Source of the DNA: Escherichia phage PSD2001
Strand: one strand, 5' to 3'
Length of the DNA: 64,000 bases
Sequence record: OK254198.1
Numbering within the stretch: the first letter of the stretch is position 1; the number at the start of each line of letters is the position of its first letter. A program made the translations under genes and the position numbers. Positions 25,469-36,321 of the stretch are shown here, piece by piece. The notes beneath the pieces were generated by a model. That model searched no databases, was not told the DNA's origin, and saw nothing but the letters and a program-made list of their open reading frames with translations.

Positions 25469-26293
25469 TTATGAATTTCTCCATACTTTCTGGGAAGAGA
25501 ATCTTTTGCCTTTCGACATAAATTGTTGCAACGGAAGCATAACAACGTTTGCCCAGTCGCTGGGCTTGATTTCAGTAATAGTACCTTTTATATTGCCAGG
25601 TATATATGCTTTAATCATCTGGTCAGCCCCTTTAAATCCCTTCACTTTTGACCAATCAATCTTCAGATGAGTCTTGTTCGTAATCGTAGGAGTATTAGCA
25701 TATTGCTTAAGAAGTTCCTCAAGGAACTCTTGACGTGCCTTCGGTGGAATATAGTGCAAGTTCAAACCATACATCAAATTATGCTTACCTAGCCCAAGAT
25801 AAATGATTAACGGATATTTGTCCCAGTACGGAAGAGTATCCTTATGCTTTGCATCATAGATATAAGCATAAATCTTACCTGGTTGAGGTTTAGCCGTTAC
25901 GTGGCCACGAACTGATTTCTTAATTGTCTCAGCGAACCATCTGGCAGATTTGGTGTTGCTTGCAGCGCCTTCGTTAGCAATCTTATCTCTTATGCTCTTT
26001 CTAAAGCTATTCACCATTATCAGCTGGCGTTCAGCCTTCGTAAGTTTACCAGCAGGTTTCTTTTTGAGCTTGGATACTTTATAAGCAGTCTGAATTCTCG
26101 AATGGTATCTTGACATGCTTTTGGTAAAGGTCGAATAGTTGATTCCTTTCTCTTCAGCAAACTTCTTCGAGGTCATTCCCTTTTCTTTTGCTGTATAAAA
26201 TTCAACCCCTATCTCAACCCATTGTTGTTCGGATTTACTGGGTTTCGGACCTGGTTTATCTGCAGATTCATTGATAAATGTAAAAATACTCAT
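25469..26293 (-). CDS. 2: DNA end-protector protein gp2
   Basis: 274 aa from 'MSIFTF'; position between 3 and 4 and length as in T4. Confidence 0.8.
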   Translation of the reverse strand: MSIFTFINESADKPGPKPSKSEQQWVEIGVEFYTAKEKGMTSKKFAEEKGINYSTFTKSMSRYHSRIQTAYKVSKLKKKPAGKLTKAERQLIMVNSFRKSIRDKIANEGAASNTKSARWFAETIKKSVRGHVTAKPQPGKIYAYIYDAKHKDTLPYWDKYPLIIYLGLGKHNLMYGLNLHYIPPKARQEFLEELLKQYANTPTITNKTHLKIDWSKVKGFKGADQMIKAYIPGNIKGTITEIKPSDWANVVMLPLQQFMSKGKRFSSQKVWRNS

Positions 26294-26937
26294 CCTTTCC
26301 TCGCTTTGCAATTATCGCCATGCCATCTTTTAAATGGGGCTGGTTTGCATTCTAATCCACAGTGTGGGCATATTTTGGTAGGTGTATTTAGAAAACCAAT
26401 TCTCATATTATTTTTATGTTCTTCTTTACGAGGAACTCCTAATAAATGTTGCCTAACCGCTTCATTTGCACTTTCAGGGCGCTTTTTACCACGGCCCGCA
26501 TTGCCAATTTTTATCTTATGTTCTTCGGATAATTTTTTACCCTTGTGGGCTAAACTCATTTTTAAACGAGATTCTTTTGACGGTTTTTTACCGGGTTTTC
26601 CTCGCTGGGCATCACCAATACGTTTTCTAACAGAAGCGGAACGGCCGCGACCTCCTCTGCCTCCCAAATCAATGTTGTATGTGTCAGGTCGATTAACAAA
26701 TTCTTGGTCGACCAAATCAGCCTCTTTAGCAAAGGCTAAATTTTCGTTCTCTGATTCATTGATGGAATCAAAAACAAATAAAATATCCTTTTGAAAATTT
26801 TCAATACCGTATTTTTTATGAGCTTTTAATATCAATTTCCCTGTACCCATATACTTGTCATCGATATTGTCGGTTTTGTGCACACCGATGTAAATTTTGT
26901 TATTAATTTTATTTGTTATTTGATATACCGTGTACAT
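26290..26937 (-). CDS. GIY-YIG homing endonuclease (Seg-like) with NUMOD3 repeats and C-terminal Zn finger
   Basis: '[17 protein letters not shown]...YMGTGKL'; basic '[28 protein letters not shown]' repeats; inserted between genes 4 and 2. Confidence 0.85.
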   Translation of the reverse strand: MYTVYQITNKINNKIYIGVHKTDNIDDKYMGTGKLILKAHKKYGIENFQKDILFVFDSINESENENLAFAKEADLVDQEFVNRPDTYNIDLGGRGGRGRSASVRKRIGDAQRGKPGKKPSKESRLKMSLAHKGKKLSEEHKIKIGNAGRGKKRPESANEAVRQHLLGVPRKEEHKNNMRIGFLNTPTKICPHCGLECKPAPFKRWHGDNCKARKG

Positions 26938-27389
26938 TATAAACCCTTATAACCCATTTTTCTAAGTGCATCTTCAGTAATCAATCTAAACTGGATGCCC
27001 ATTTTATCAGCCACAGCTTGAGCAGCTTTCCATTTATCCGAATTAACAGCCCAAACATACATTTCGTTCATGAATCTCTTCTTGCTCGCGGCAGTCGTAT
27101 TAACTGGTTTTGCTGGAGGTCTTGTTTCCTTTTTGGGTTTAACCTCAAAGAAAAATTGTTGACCATTTGAAAATTTTACCCACATATCCATGTAATACCT
27201 GCGTTTTTTACCATCCGCATTACTAAAATACGGAATGATAACGGTCTCTGACCCCCATTGCACCACATCTGGATGATTATCCAACCAGTTAAATACAAAT
27301 TTTTCCCAGTTTGACCTGTAGGTGATTTTCTTCCAGTCTCCTTTGTACTTTGCAACGTTTTTCGGTTGCCATTTCCCGGAGTATGCCAT
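26937..27389 (-). CDS. 4: Head completion protein gp4
   Basis: 150 aa; 'MAYSGKWQPKN...ITYRSNWEKF...IPYFSNADGKKRRYYMD' as in T4 gp4. Confidence 0.92.
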   Translation of the reverse strand: MAYSGKWQPKNVAKYKGDWKKITYRSNWEKFVFNWLDNHPDVVQWGSETVIIPYFSNADGKKRRYYMDMWVKFSNGQQFFFEVKPKKETRPPAKPVNTTAASKKRFMNEMYVWAVNSDKWKAAQAVADKMGIQFRLITEDALRKMGYKGL

Positions 27390-27405
27390 ATAGCCTCCTA
27401 ATAAA

Positions 27406-27413
27406 TATTGATA
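27406..27413 (-). promoter_or_regulatory. Late promoter TATAAATA for gene 4 (near-consensus TATAAATG for gene 53 overlaps on plus strand)
   Basis: Exact TATAAATA on minus strand ~20 nt upstream of gp4 ATG. Confidence 0.6.
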
Positions 27414-27437
27414 TACTTATTTATAAATGGAGGCTTT

Positions 27438-28040
27438 ATGCTTTTTTCATTTTTTAACCCAATTGATTATGATGCTAAAACAATCAGAAAAAACTCGGCA
27501 TCATTAACGAAAGAAGACGTCTTAAGCATCCCAATGACTGACATCTTCAGAAACTATCGCGCCTATTTTGATAAGGTTGCGGTTAATTATACACCGAAAA
27601 CATATTACATCGCTGGAGCTCCAAGACCTGAAGAACTTGCATATCAGCTCTATGGTAATACTCAACTCTATTGGGTTCTCCTTATGCTTAATGATATCTA
27701 TGACCCGTATTATGGTTGGCTCGGCTCTCAGGAATCATCCTATCAGGCATCTATTCAGAAATATTCGAATGTCGGAGGTAACCAGGTCCTTTATCATGTG
27801 AATGAAGATGGTGAGAAGTTCTGGAACCTTGTATCTTATCCTGATAATCCATACACCTGGTACGATAAAGGTGACCGCAACAGATTATATCCGCAATACG
27901 AAGGCCCATTGGCTGCAGTGGATATCTATGAAGATGCTATCCGTAAAAATGAATACAAACGCGAAATAAAAATAATTGACCCAGAAGATATTGAGTCATT
28001 TATTTCTGCGCTTATCCGTGAAATGGAAAAGGCACTCTAA
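27438..28040 (+). CDS. 53: Baseplate wedge protein gp53
   Basis: 'MLFSFFNPIDYDAKTI...IPMTDIFRNY...QLYWVLLM...DPYYGW' as in T4 gp53. Confidence 0.9.
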   Translation: MLFSFFNPIDYDAKTIRKNSASLTKEDVLSIPMTDIFRNYRAYFDKVAVNYTPKTYYIAGAPRPEELAYQLYGNTQLYWVLLMLNDIYDPYYGWLGSQESSYQASIQKYSNVGGNQVLYHVNEDGEKFWNLVSYPDNPYTWYDKGDRNRLYPQYEGPLAAVDIYEDAIRKNEYKREIKIIDPEDIESFISALIREMEKAL

Positions 28041-28675
28041 TGTTTTATTATGTATATAAAATAACCAATAATATTAACGGCAAATTTTATATCGGGGCGC
28101 ATAGTACATCAAATATGGATGATGGATATATGGGCTCAGGTAAATTAATTAAACGTGCCATACTAAAATATGGCATTGAAAATTTCAAAAAAGAAATATT
28201 AAAATTTGTTGATTCCAAACAAGAAATGTATGAACTTGAAAAGGAACTTGTTGTTCTTAATGAAAACTCATACAATTTAAAACCAGGCGGCTCCGGTGGA
28301 TTTTTAAAACATGATAACTTTAAAGGTCGAAAACATAGCCAGAAAACTAAAGATATTATGAGTGCAAATAACTCAGGTAAAAATAATCCCATGTATGGAA
28401 AAAAGCGAGACCAGCATGGAGTAAATGCACCAAATTATGGCAAAAAATGTTCAGAAGAGAAAAAGAAGATTCTTTCTGATAAGCTTAAAAAGCATTTTGA
28501 AAATGAGCAGACAATAACTAAGAACATGGGGTTTATACCAACGTCGGTTGAAACCCGTTATGTGTCTCGACATATTAAAAAGTTAGGATTTGATTTTTAC
28601 CAATTCAATCGAAATATATGTGAGCATAATATTTCCATAGTTAAAAATATTTTAAAACAGAGGAAGGCTCTATGA
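28040..28675 (+). CDS. GIY-YIG homing endonuclease (Seg-like), paralog of 26290..26937
   Basis: 'VYKITNNINGKFYIGAH...YMGSGKL'; start overlaps gp53 stop (TAATG) and stop overlaps gene 5 start (ATGA). Confidence 0.85.
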   Translation: MFYYVYKITNNINGKFYIGAHSTSNMDDGYMGSGKLIKRAILKYGIENFKKEILKFVDSKQEMYELEKELVVLNENSYNLKPGGSGGFLKHDNFKGRKHSQKTKDIMSANNSGKNNPMYGKKRDQHGVNAPNYGKKCSEEKKKILSDKLKKHFENEQTITKNMGFIPTSVETRYVSRHIKKLGFDFYQFNRNICEHNISIVKNILKQRKAL

Positions 28676-30414
28676 TTAACATGTCAGATAATGTAAGTTG
28701 GTTCGTCGGGGTTGTCGAAGACCGAATGGACCCACTTCAGCAAGGTCGTGTTCGTGTTCGTGTATGGGGTATGCATCCATATGAGAAAGCACAAGGGCCC
28801 GTTAAAGGTATCAGAACCGAAGACCTTCCTTGGATGTCTGTATTGATGCCGACATCATCTGCATCAGTTTCTGGGATTCAAACTGCCATGACTGGTATGG
28901 TCCCAGGTACTCAAGTATATGGTCACTTTTTAGACAAGTGGAAGCTCAACGGTCTTGTTATTGGTACGTATGGTTCAGCCTCAAGACAAAAAGCAAATCC
29001 TAACGAAGGTTTCTCTGACCCCACAGGGCAATACCCACTTTATGTTGGTAATGATGCTGCGGCGCTTAACCGTGGTGGTGAAGTCGGTTATGATGCAACT
29101 TCGAACGTAATTCAGGATGCAAACCTTGACCTTGGTATTAACCCCGATGGCCTTGATTTGAGTCAGGTTAAACCAGATGATAATCCTAATTTCACAATTG
29201 AAAATATGCTCCACCGTGATGAAGGTCTTCGACTGAAGGTATATTGGGACACCGAAGGTTATCCTACTATAGGTATAGGGCACTTAATTGCACCACAACC
29301 TATTAGAGATATGAATCAGATAAACAAAATATTATCTAATCAAATAGGCCGCGAAGTTAAAGGTAACCCTGGTGCAATATCAATGGACGAGGCTTCTAAG
29401 TTATTCCAAGAAGACCTTAAAAAAGTCCAAAACGATATAGGTAAGCATAGTGTTGTGGGTCCGGTTTATAATAAAGAAAACCGTTCGAGACAAATGGCTC
29501 TTGAAAACATGGCTTTCCAAATGGGATTAGGCGGATTGGCTAAATTCCGTGGAATGCTTAGCGCAATGTTAGCCGGAGATTATAAGAAAGCATTTGATGC
29601 CGCTCGTGATTCTGTATGGTTTAACCAAACTAAAGGCCGTGCATCAAGGGTGTCAATGATTATCCTCACAGGTAACATGGAATCATATGGTATTATGGCC
29701 CCTAAAGAAAGGTCATTTAAAGGGCGTTCATATAGGATGATTCAAACCTTTGCAGCTCCTGCAAATTCTGACCCAGCCGACCCGTGGACCCCAGAAGATA
29801 CAAGGATTCTATTTAAAGAGCCAGAATCAAGTTACAAGGGCGAATATCCTTACGTGCAGACAATGCAAACTGAAGGCGGTCATATTCAGGAATTCGATAA
29901 TACCCCTGGACAAGAACGTTATCGACTGATTCACCCGACCGGTTCCTACGAGGAAGTTGCACCAGATGGTCGTAAGACTTCGAAGACTGTAGCTGATGGT
30001 TATTATATGACCCAGGGCGATTCGAGTACTTACGTTGGTGGTAATAATAAAGTCAACGTTGGTGGTGATGAAACCTATTATAATATGGCTAACGTTCGCC
30101 GTCAGACCGATGGAAACGAAACCATCCATATTCGTGGTAACGAAGAGAAAACTGTAGAAGGTAATGGGACTCTTCGTGTTAAAGGCAACGTTACTGTTAT
30201 TGTTGAAGGAAATGCTGATGTTACTGTTAAGGGGGATGCGACTACAATGGTAGAAGGCAACGAAACTCGCACAACTAATGGTAATTTAAATTGGACTGTA
30301 AATGGTACCGTATCGTGGACTTGTGCAGGTGCTTGGTCCGAGACTATGGCTTCAATGAGTTCTATTGCATCGGGTCAATATACTATTGATGGTTCGAGGA
30401 TTGACATTGGCTAA
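28672..30414 (+). CDS. 5: Baseplate hub / tail lysozyme gp5
   Basis: 580 aa; internal T4-lysozyme-like domain 'LKVYWDTEGYPTIGIGHL'; beta-helix repeats at C-term. Confidence 0.95.
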   Translation: MINMSDNVSWFVGVVEDRMDPLQQGRVRVRVWGMHPYEKAQGPVKGIRTEDLPWMSVLMPTSSASVSGIQTAMTGMVPGTQVYGHFLDKWKLNGLVIGTYGSASRQKANPNEGFSDPTGQYPLYVGNDAAALNRGGEVGYDATSNVIQDANLDLGINPDGLDLSQVKPDDNPNFTIENMLHRDEGLRLKVYWDTEGYPTIGIGHLIAPQPIRDMNQINKILSNQIGREVKGNPGAISMDEASKLFQEDLKKVQNDIGKHSVVGPVYNKENRSRQMALENMAFQMGLGGLAKFRGMLSAMLAGDYKKAFDAARDSVWFNQTKGRASRVSMIILTGNMESYGIMAPKERSFKGRSYRMIQTFAAPANSDPADPWTPEDTRILFKEPESSYKGEYPYVQTMQTEGGHIQEFDNTPGQERYRLIHPTGSYEEVAPDGRKTSKTVADGYYMTQGDSSTYVGGNNKVNVGGDETYYNMANVRRQTDGNETIHIRGNEEKTVEGNGTLRVKGNVTVIVEGNADVTVKGDATTMVEGNETRTTNGNLNWTVNGTVSWTCAGAWSETMASMSSIASGQYTIDGSRIDIG

Positions 30415-30448
30415 TATACTTCCAATGAGCACTGACTTAGGAGACTCC

Positions 30449-30946
30449 ATGGAAGGAGCTTCAATCGATGTTACGTTTACAGCTCAATTAGAAACAAACG
30501 AAACATTAGTCGAAATAAATATAACTGAATATGAGGCCACCCCTGGCGTTAATGTTGAGGGTAATCATCTTTATGGTGTTTATGAATCCGTGTTCGGATT
30601 TGCAGATGATGCGCTTAAATACCGACTTAACGATGAATTTGAAACTGCCGGTTCATGGGAAGACCTTCCTGCAGATAAGAGTACTCAATTGTATCTCTGG
30701 AGGGCTCCAGCGAGCCTCCAGAAGGTCTTTTCATACACGGTAACCCTAACCTATGACTTTCAAGAAGAGAGCTCTGGTGGAGACACAGGGAGCTCTGGCG
30801 GAAGTAATAGCCGTGCAGGTAATGAGACCGACCCACCTCCTGCTCCAGTAAGAAAGACAATGACAAAAGTTTACACAAAAACTATCGTTGGTAACTGGTC
30901 AAGATGGGCAGATAAATTGCGTTCATACGTATACGCGAGGGATTAA
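30449..30946 (+). CDS. Hypothetical baseplate-region protein (position of T4 5.1)
   Basis: 165 aa from ATG with SD AGGAG after gene 5 stop. Confidence 0.6.
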   Translation: MEGASIDVTFTAQLETNETLVEINITEYEATPGVNVEGNHLYGVYESVFGFADDALKYRLNDEFETAGSWEDLPADKSTQLYLWRAPASLQKVFSYTVTLTYDFQEESSGGDTGSSGGSNSRAGNETDPPPAPVRKTMTKVYTKTIVGNWSRWADKLRSYVYARD

Positions 30947-31239
30947 TGGCTGGATTAAGTTTTAATCAATGTGTTACAGCAGGCCACGAAGCATGGCCAC
31001 CGACTGTAATTAATGCAACTCAAGGTAAAGTATTCACCGGGGGAATTCCAGTATTAGTTGCCGGAGACCCTATTACCGAACATACCGAAATTAAAAAACC
31101 ATATGAAACTCACGGCGGAGTAACACAACCGCGCACATCAAAAGTATTCGTTACCGGTAAGAAAGCTGTTCAAATGGCAGACCCGATTTCATGTGGTGAT
31201 ACTGTGGCTCAAGCCTCATCAAAAGTCTTTATAAAATAG
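30946..31239 (+). CDS. 5.4: Baseplate spike-tip PAAR-like protein gp5.4
   Basis: 97 aa; '[19 protein letters not shown]...[17 protein letters not shown]'. Confidence 0.85.
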   Translation: MAGLSFNQCVTAGHEAWPPTVINATQGKVFTGGIPVLVAGDPITEHTEIKKPYETHGGVTQPRTSKVFVTGKKAVQMADPISCGDTVAQASSKVFIK

Positions 31240-31247
31240 GAAATAAA

Positions 31248-33194
31248 ATGGCTACTCCTACGAATTACCAATTAACAAGAACCGTTAACGCTATCCCAAA
31301 AGTATTTGTGGGAGCTACGTTTGAAGAAATTAAAAAGAACATCATCGACTGGTTATCAAGCCAGGATGAATTTAAGGATTATGATTTCGTAGGTTCGCGA
31401 ATGAATATCCTGATTGATATGCTTGCATACAATACATTGTATATGCAACAGTTTGCTAACACGGCAGTTTACGAATCATTTATCGGAACTGCAAACCTAA
31501 GGTCTTCGGTTGTTCAGGCTGCACAGGATAATGGTTATCTTCCATCTTCACGTTCGGCCGCAAAGACTTCGGTTATGCTGACATGTTCTCATGCTCTGCA
31601 ACCATCGAATATTGAAATCCCACGAGGAACTAAATTCCTGGCATATGCTCGTGATACATCAGCTGACCCTTATGTTTTTGTTACCACGGAAAACGTTATC
31701 GCGGTTAAAGACATTAACAATCAATACCTTCCGATTGTATCCCTAGCACAGGGTCGTATTATTCGTACAGAACTTTTATATGACCCGAAACAACCTATTC
31801 TTATTCGCGACCCGGATATCGACCGCAAAGAAGTTAAGCTTTTTGTGAACGGCATCGAGTGGACTGACTGGACAAACAAATCAATGGTTCATGCTGGTTC
31901 AACGTCCACTATTTTCTATATGCGTGAAACTGTTGATGGTAATACCGAATTCTTCTTCGGTGAAGGTGAATCGACCAAATCTGTTGCCGGTGGCGTATTG
32001 GAAGCAAACTATATTGGTGGGCTGAAACCTGTACAGGATTCGACAATTGTTATCGAATATCTTCGTACATCAGGGGCTGATGCAAATGGTGCAGTTGATT
32101 TCAGCTATGCTGACTCCTTGTCTTATATCACAGTGGATAAAATTACTGAAAACTACAACGACGACCCTGATTATGTCGGTGCTGATGGTGGTGGTGACCC
32201 GGAAGATATCGAACGAATCCGTGAACTGGCTGTTGTTAAACGTGAAGCACAGATGCGTGCTGTCACCGGGACGGATTATGATACCTTCGTATCCGAAAGA
32301 TTTGGCTCAATCGTGCAAGCCGTACAGACGTTTACAGACGCAAATAAACCTGGGTATGCGTTTATATCAGTTAAGCCTAAATCGGGCTTGTATCTCACCG
32401 CAGTGCAACGTGAGGACATCCAGAACTACCTTAGCGAGTTCAACGTATCAACAATTACACCATCGGTTATTTCTCCGGATTATTTGTTCCTTAAACATAA
32501 TATCAAAGTATCTTATGCGCTGAACAAATTACAAGAATCTGAACAATGGTTGCAAGCACAAATCATTAATCAGATTGACCGTTATTATATCGATGAAGTT
32601 GAAATCTTTAACAGAAGTTTTGCTAAGTCAAAAATGCTTACGTATGTGGATAATACTGACCATAGTATTCTTGGTTCATCTGCAACCATTTCGATGGTGC
32701 GTGAAGTCCTGAACTTCTTTAAGACTCCAGAATCCGGCATTAAATACTATAACCAGTATGGCAACCGTTCAGTCGAATCAAGTGAATTTGAATTTGTTCC
32801 GACCACGGGTGAAGCCTATAACGTTCGCATTGTTGCAACTGATAAAGATTCTCGTGGTGATGGTAAAATGGTAATTGGTCCATTCCGTCCAGGCGATGTT
32901 ATTGAAAATGTAAACATCCAGCCTTACCTGCAAGATGACTTTAATAAAATGGAAGCTCCGGCTGACCAAACAGTTTATTACGCAATTGGCGAAATTGACT
33001 ATTACTCTGATTATATTTTTTGGGATATCGCTGCGATTGGATTGACCTCCGACCGCTTTGAAGTTCAATCAATCGAACTTTATGCAAGTCCCAACCAAGA
33101 TAATATATACACGCAAGATGGTTCACTGATTGTATTTGAGAATGACCTTCGTCCGCAATATACAAAGATTGACCTTGAACCAATTACACTATAA
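31248..33194 (+). CDS. 6: Baseplate wedge protein gp6
   Basis: 648 aa; size and order as in T4. Confidence 0.9.
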   Translation: MATPTNYQLTRTVNAIPKVFVGATFEEIKKNIIDWLSSQDEFKDYDFVGSRMNILIDMLAYNTLYMQQFANTAVYESFIGTANLRSSVVQAAQDNGYLPSSRSAAKTSVMLTCSHALQPSNIEIPRGTKFLAYARDTSADPYVFVTTENVIAVKDINNQYLPIVSLAQGRIIRTELLYDPKQPILIRDPDIDRKEVKLFVNGIEWTDWTNKSMVHAGSTSTIFYMRETVDGNTEFFFGEGESTKSVAGGVLEANYIGGLKPVQDSTIVIEYLRTSGADANGAVDFSYADSLSYITVDKITENYNDDPDYVGADGGGDPEDIERIRELAVVKREAQMRAVTGTDYDTFVSERFGSIVQAVQTFTDANKPGYAFISVKPKSGLYLTAVQREDIQNYLSEFNVSTITPSVISPDYLFLKHNIKVSYALNKLQESEQWLQAQIINQIDRYYIDEVEIFNRSFAKSKMLTYVDNTDHSILGSSATISMVREVLNFFKTPESGIKYYNQYGNRSVESSEFEFVPTTGEAYNVRIVATDKDSRGDGKMVIGPFRPGDVIENVNIQPYLQDDFNKMEAPADQTVYYAIGEIDYYSDYIFWDIAAIGLTSDRFEVQSIELYASPNQDNIYTQDGSLIVFENDLRPQYTKIDLEPITL

Positions 33195-33214
33195 GCCTCT
33201 TCGGAGGCTTTTTA
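33194..33214 (+). terminator. Hairpin AGCCTCTTCGGAGGCT + T-run between genes 6 and 7 (possible attenuator)
   Basis: Perfect 6-bp GC-rich stem with TTCG loop then TTTTT. Confidence 0.45.
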
Positions 33215-33222
33215 AGGAAACC

Positions 33223-36200
33223 ATGATGAGTGTTAAAGCCCCTTATGTAACCAGCTTACGGATTGATAAACTATCTGCTAACCAGGTTAGCATAAAATGG
33301 GATAATGTTGGCGCCAACTTTTATTATTTTGTTGAGATTGCTACGACAAAAGAAAATGGTGTTGCTATTCCAGAAGAAAATCTGTTATGGAGGAATTTAG
33401 GTTATACTCCAGACAATGAATGGTTCGAACAAGATTTTATTCGTCCAGTATCATTTTACAAAATGCGTGTTGCTGTTGCAGCAATGGGTTTTGAACAATC
33501 TGATTGGGTTTATACCGAAGAATTTGAAACCTTTGCAACTAACGCATACACATTTGAACACATGCGTGAGTTTACATTAACAAATAAATTCATCGAAGAA
33601 AAATTTACAAACAATAACCAAGCTTATATCAACTTTAATAATGATGCAATTATGGCATCGCTGATGTCTGAAGATTTTAGCTTTACTCCTGCATATTCTC
33701 ATTTGTCTTCAATTTCAAACTATGTATTAAAAGAAGACCAATACCACGAAATCCAGGGTAGCATTCAGCCAGTATGTAACGATGTTAATCGTACGATGAT
33801 TGCTGAACTCGGTGGTGTACTGTATTTGTTTGAACGATTCCAGACAACTGTCAAAGTCTCCAATGATAAAGGGCAGAACTGGTATTATGTAAAATTGTTT
33901 AATGACCGCATCGGCAACCCAGTATCGCGCACAATTTATTATCAATCAGATACGACAACTTATGTACTCGGATATGACCGAATTTTTTACGGCCGCAAAT
34001 CAAGTGACATAAGATGGTCTGCTGATGATGTTCGATTCAGTTCTCAGGATATAACATTTGCAAAAATTGGTTCGGATATCAATCTCGGATTTGATATTGA
34101 AATATTTGGCACATACGCAAGACTCCCGGCATACATCTCGACAATCGCTGAAGCAATTACTACGACCGATTCCATGATTTATGTTGCTGGTCGTGACCGC
34201 GTATACAAGGCTAAATCTTCTGATGCTCCAATTGATAACGACCCTAACTCCCCAACATTCGGTGAAAAATTATTTGAAGCTGGATATAGCACAATAAGCG
34301 GCAACCCAAAAGCTGTTTGTTACAAGATGGATTCAATTGACGGTGAAGTGTTTGCATTAATCACGGGTGAAGTAAAGGAAGAACGTCAAGACCCGACTAA
34401 GCCTGAAAACGTTGTCGATTCATTATCAAAGGGCGTTTATAAATTAAATACCGATACCGATACATGGACACGAGTTTTTGGCAATACAGAGGATGAACGC
34501 CGTCGTATTGAACATGGTTACACAAGCATGTCAACTGATGGAATTGAACTTTTTATCAGTTCAAGTAACTTTCGCTATTCCGTTGAGCCAGATACCGAAC
34601 TCCCTGCTAAGTATCCTGAAGAAGTTAACGAAGCAGTCAAATATGTGTATGATGAACAATGGATACATGACAAGCATTATTTGATGATGAGTTTTAGGTC
34701 GAATAAAGATTCAGGTTGGGAAGAGTTTAAACCTGGACGTATGTCATATTACGCTGAACCGTTCTTTAACTGGTCTCGCCGTGATGATACTCGTTGTTGG
34801 ATTACCACATCAGACAGAGCTCTGGTTGTATATAATGACATGCTGTATCAAAAGATTATCGATACCTTTGGTGGTTCATCCCCTGAACGTATTGTGCACG
34901 AATACTGGAATAAAGGTCAAGTAAAAGTTACTTCTCCTAACATCGAATTCAATGGCTTTAAAAAATATGCCTCGGGTATTATGTTACATAAAAATACTGG
35001 TGAGCTTATTGGTTATTTTGAATTTGACTATCGTATGCGTGATGAAGTTAGATTAATCTGGAAACCGAAAGAAGTTATGTTCACTGCAGAATTACAGAAC
35101 CAGGAACATGATATTCCATGGACCCCGGATAATGATGAACAAGAGAAAGACCCGGACTTGCGTCCTCTTTTAACAAAGATGGTTCCGGATAGTTATTTGC
35201 TCCAGGATAGCAACTTCGAAAAATTCTGTGAATATTATTTACAGTTTATCAGTGATGGTTCTGGCACATATTATAACAACCTTTTGAACTTGATTCGCAA
35301 CCAGTACCCACGCGAGGAAGATGCATGGGAATACCTTTGGAGTGAAATGTACAAAAGAAATATATATTTGTCAAAGACCAAGCGTGACGAAGTAGTTCGT
35401 TTCTTTGAAGCAAGACAGTCTGATTTTTGGGCAACCAAGGGGACTGAAGCATCCTATAAGTTTTTATTCAAATTGTTATATAATGAAGACGTTGAAATCG
35501 ATATTGAATCCAAGAACGGAACCGAGTATGACATAATCGTCGAATCTGATAATATCAGCGAAGATATTGTTGGGCAAACAATTTACACACCAACTGGCCG
35601 CAGTAACGTTACCTATATGGAGCGTGACTACAAACAGGGTAAATTGAGATGGCGTATCACAATTCATAACTTGCTTGGTCGCTTTATTGTTGGGCAAGAA
35701 ATTAAATCCGAAAGGACTTCCTTTGAAGGCATGATTGTTCAGGGCGTTCGCGGGAAAGAATTACTTAGCAATAACATCGATTATATCAACCGAAATCGTT
35801 CTTACTATGTAATGACCATTAAATCAAGTCTCCCAACATCTCGTTATCGTAATGACGTATTGCGATTTGTTCATCCGGTTGGATTTGGATTCGTTGGAAT
35901 TACATTATTGACAATGTTTGTTAATGCTGGTCTGTCATTAAAACACACAGAAACCATTATCAATAAACTGAACAACTATCGTTGGTCGTCGGGTATTCCG
36001 TCAGAATGGTGTGACCGTATCGCAGTTATTGGAGCCGATGGAAACATTGAGCATAATGCTGTTACAGGCGAAGCAGTATATAATATTGCTCCTAACGCAG
36101 GTTTACCGTTCCCATTACCGGCAGATTATGATGCCGAAAACGATTTTTCAGATTTTCATGGGACTCTCCCGTCTGAACGTCGTAAAAAATACAGTCCATT

Positions 36201-36321
36201 GTTTGACCAGTCCGCCGTGACTTTTGCTAACTGGCGCAATTTGGTTAATCAACGTCTTAAGGATGATATTGGTAATCCACGCGACCCGAAAGACCCAACA
36301 CAGGTAAAGGTAAATGAATAA
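33223..36321 (+). CDS. 7: Baseplate wedge protein gp7
   Basis: 1032 aa from ATGATG with SD AAGGAAA (T4 gp7 is 1032 aa); ORF-track N-extension rejected. Confidence 0.9.
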   Translation: MMSVKAPYVTSLRIDKLSANQVSIKWDNVGANFYYFVEIATTKENGVAIPEENLLWRNLGYTPDNEWFEQDFIRPVSFYKMRVAVAAMGFEQSDWVYTEEFETFATNAYTFEHMREFTLTNKFIEEKFTNNNQAYINFNNDAIMASLMSEDFSFTPAYSHLSSISNYVLKEDQYHEIQGSIQPVCNDVNRTMIAELGGVLYLFERFQTTVKVSNDKGQNWYYVKLFNDRIGNPVSRTIYYQSDTTTYVLGYDRIFYGRKSSDIRWSADDVRFSSQDITFAKIGSDINLGFDIEIFGTYARLPAYISTIAEAITTTDSMIYVAGRDRVYKAKSSDAPIDNDPNSPTFGEKLFEAGYSTISGNPKAVCYKMDSIDGEVFALITGEVKEERQDPTKPENVVDSLSKGVYKLNTDTDTWTRVFGNTEDERRRIEHGYTSMSTDGIELFISSSNFRYSVEPDTELPAKYPEEVNEAVKYVYDEQWIHDKHYLMMSFRSNKDSGWEEFKPGRMSYYAEPFFNWSRRDDTRCWITTSDRALVVYNDMLYQKIIDTFGGSSPERIVHEYWNKGQVKVTSPNIEFNGFKKYASGIMLHKNTGELIGYFEFDYRMRDEVRLIWKPKEVMFTAELQNQEHDIPWTPDNDEQEKDPDLRPLLTKMVPDSYLLQDSNFEKFCEYYLQFISDGSGTYYNNLLNLIRNQYPREEDAWEYLWSEMYKRNIYLSKTKRDEVVRFFEARQSDFWATKGTEASYKFLFKLLYNEDVEIDIESKNGTEYDIIVESDNISEDIVGQTIYTPTGRSNVTYMERDYKQGKLRWRITIHNLLGRFIVGQEIKSERTSFEGMIVQGVRGKELLSNNIDYINRNRSYYVMTIKSSLPTSRYRNDVLRFVHPVGFGFVGITLLTMFVNAGLSLKHTETIINKLNNYRWSSGIPSEWCDRIAVIGADGNIEHNAVTGEAVYNIAPNAGLPFPLPADYDAENDFSDFHGTLPSERRKKYSPLFDQSAVTFANWRNLVNQRLKDDIGNPRDPKDPTQVKVNE

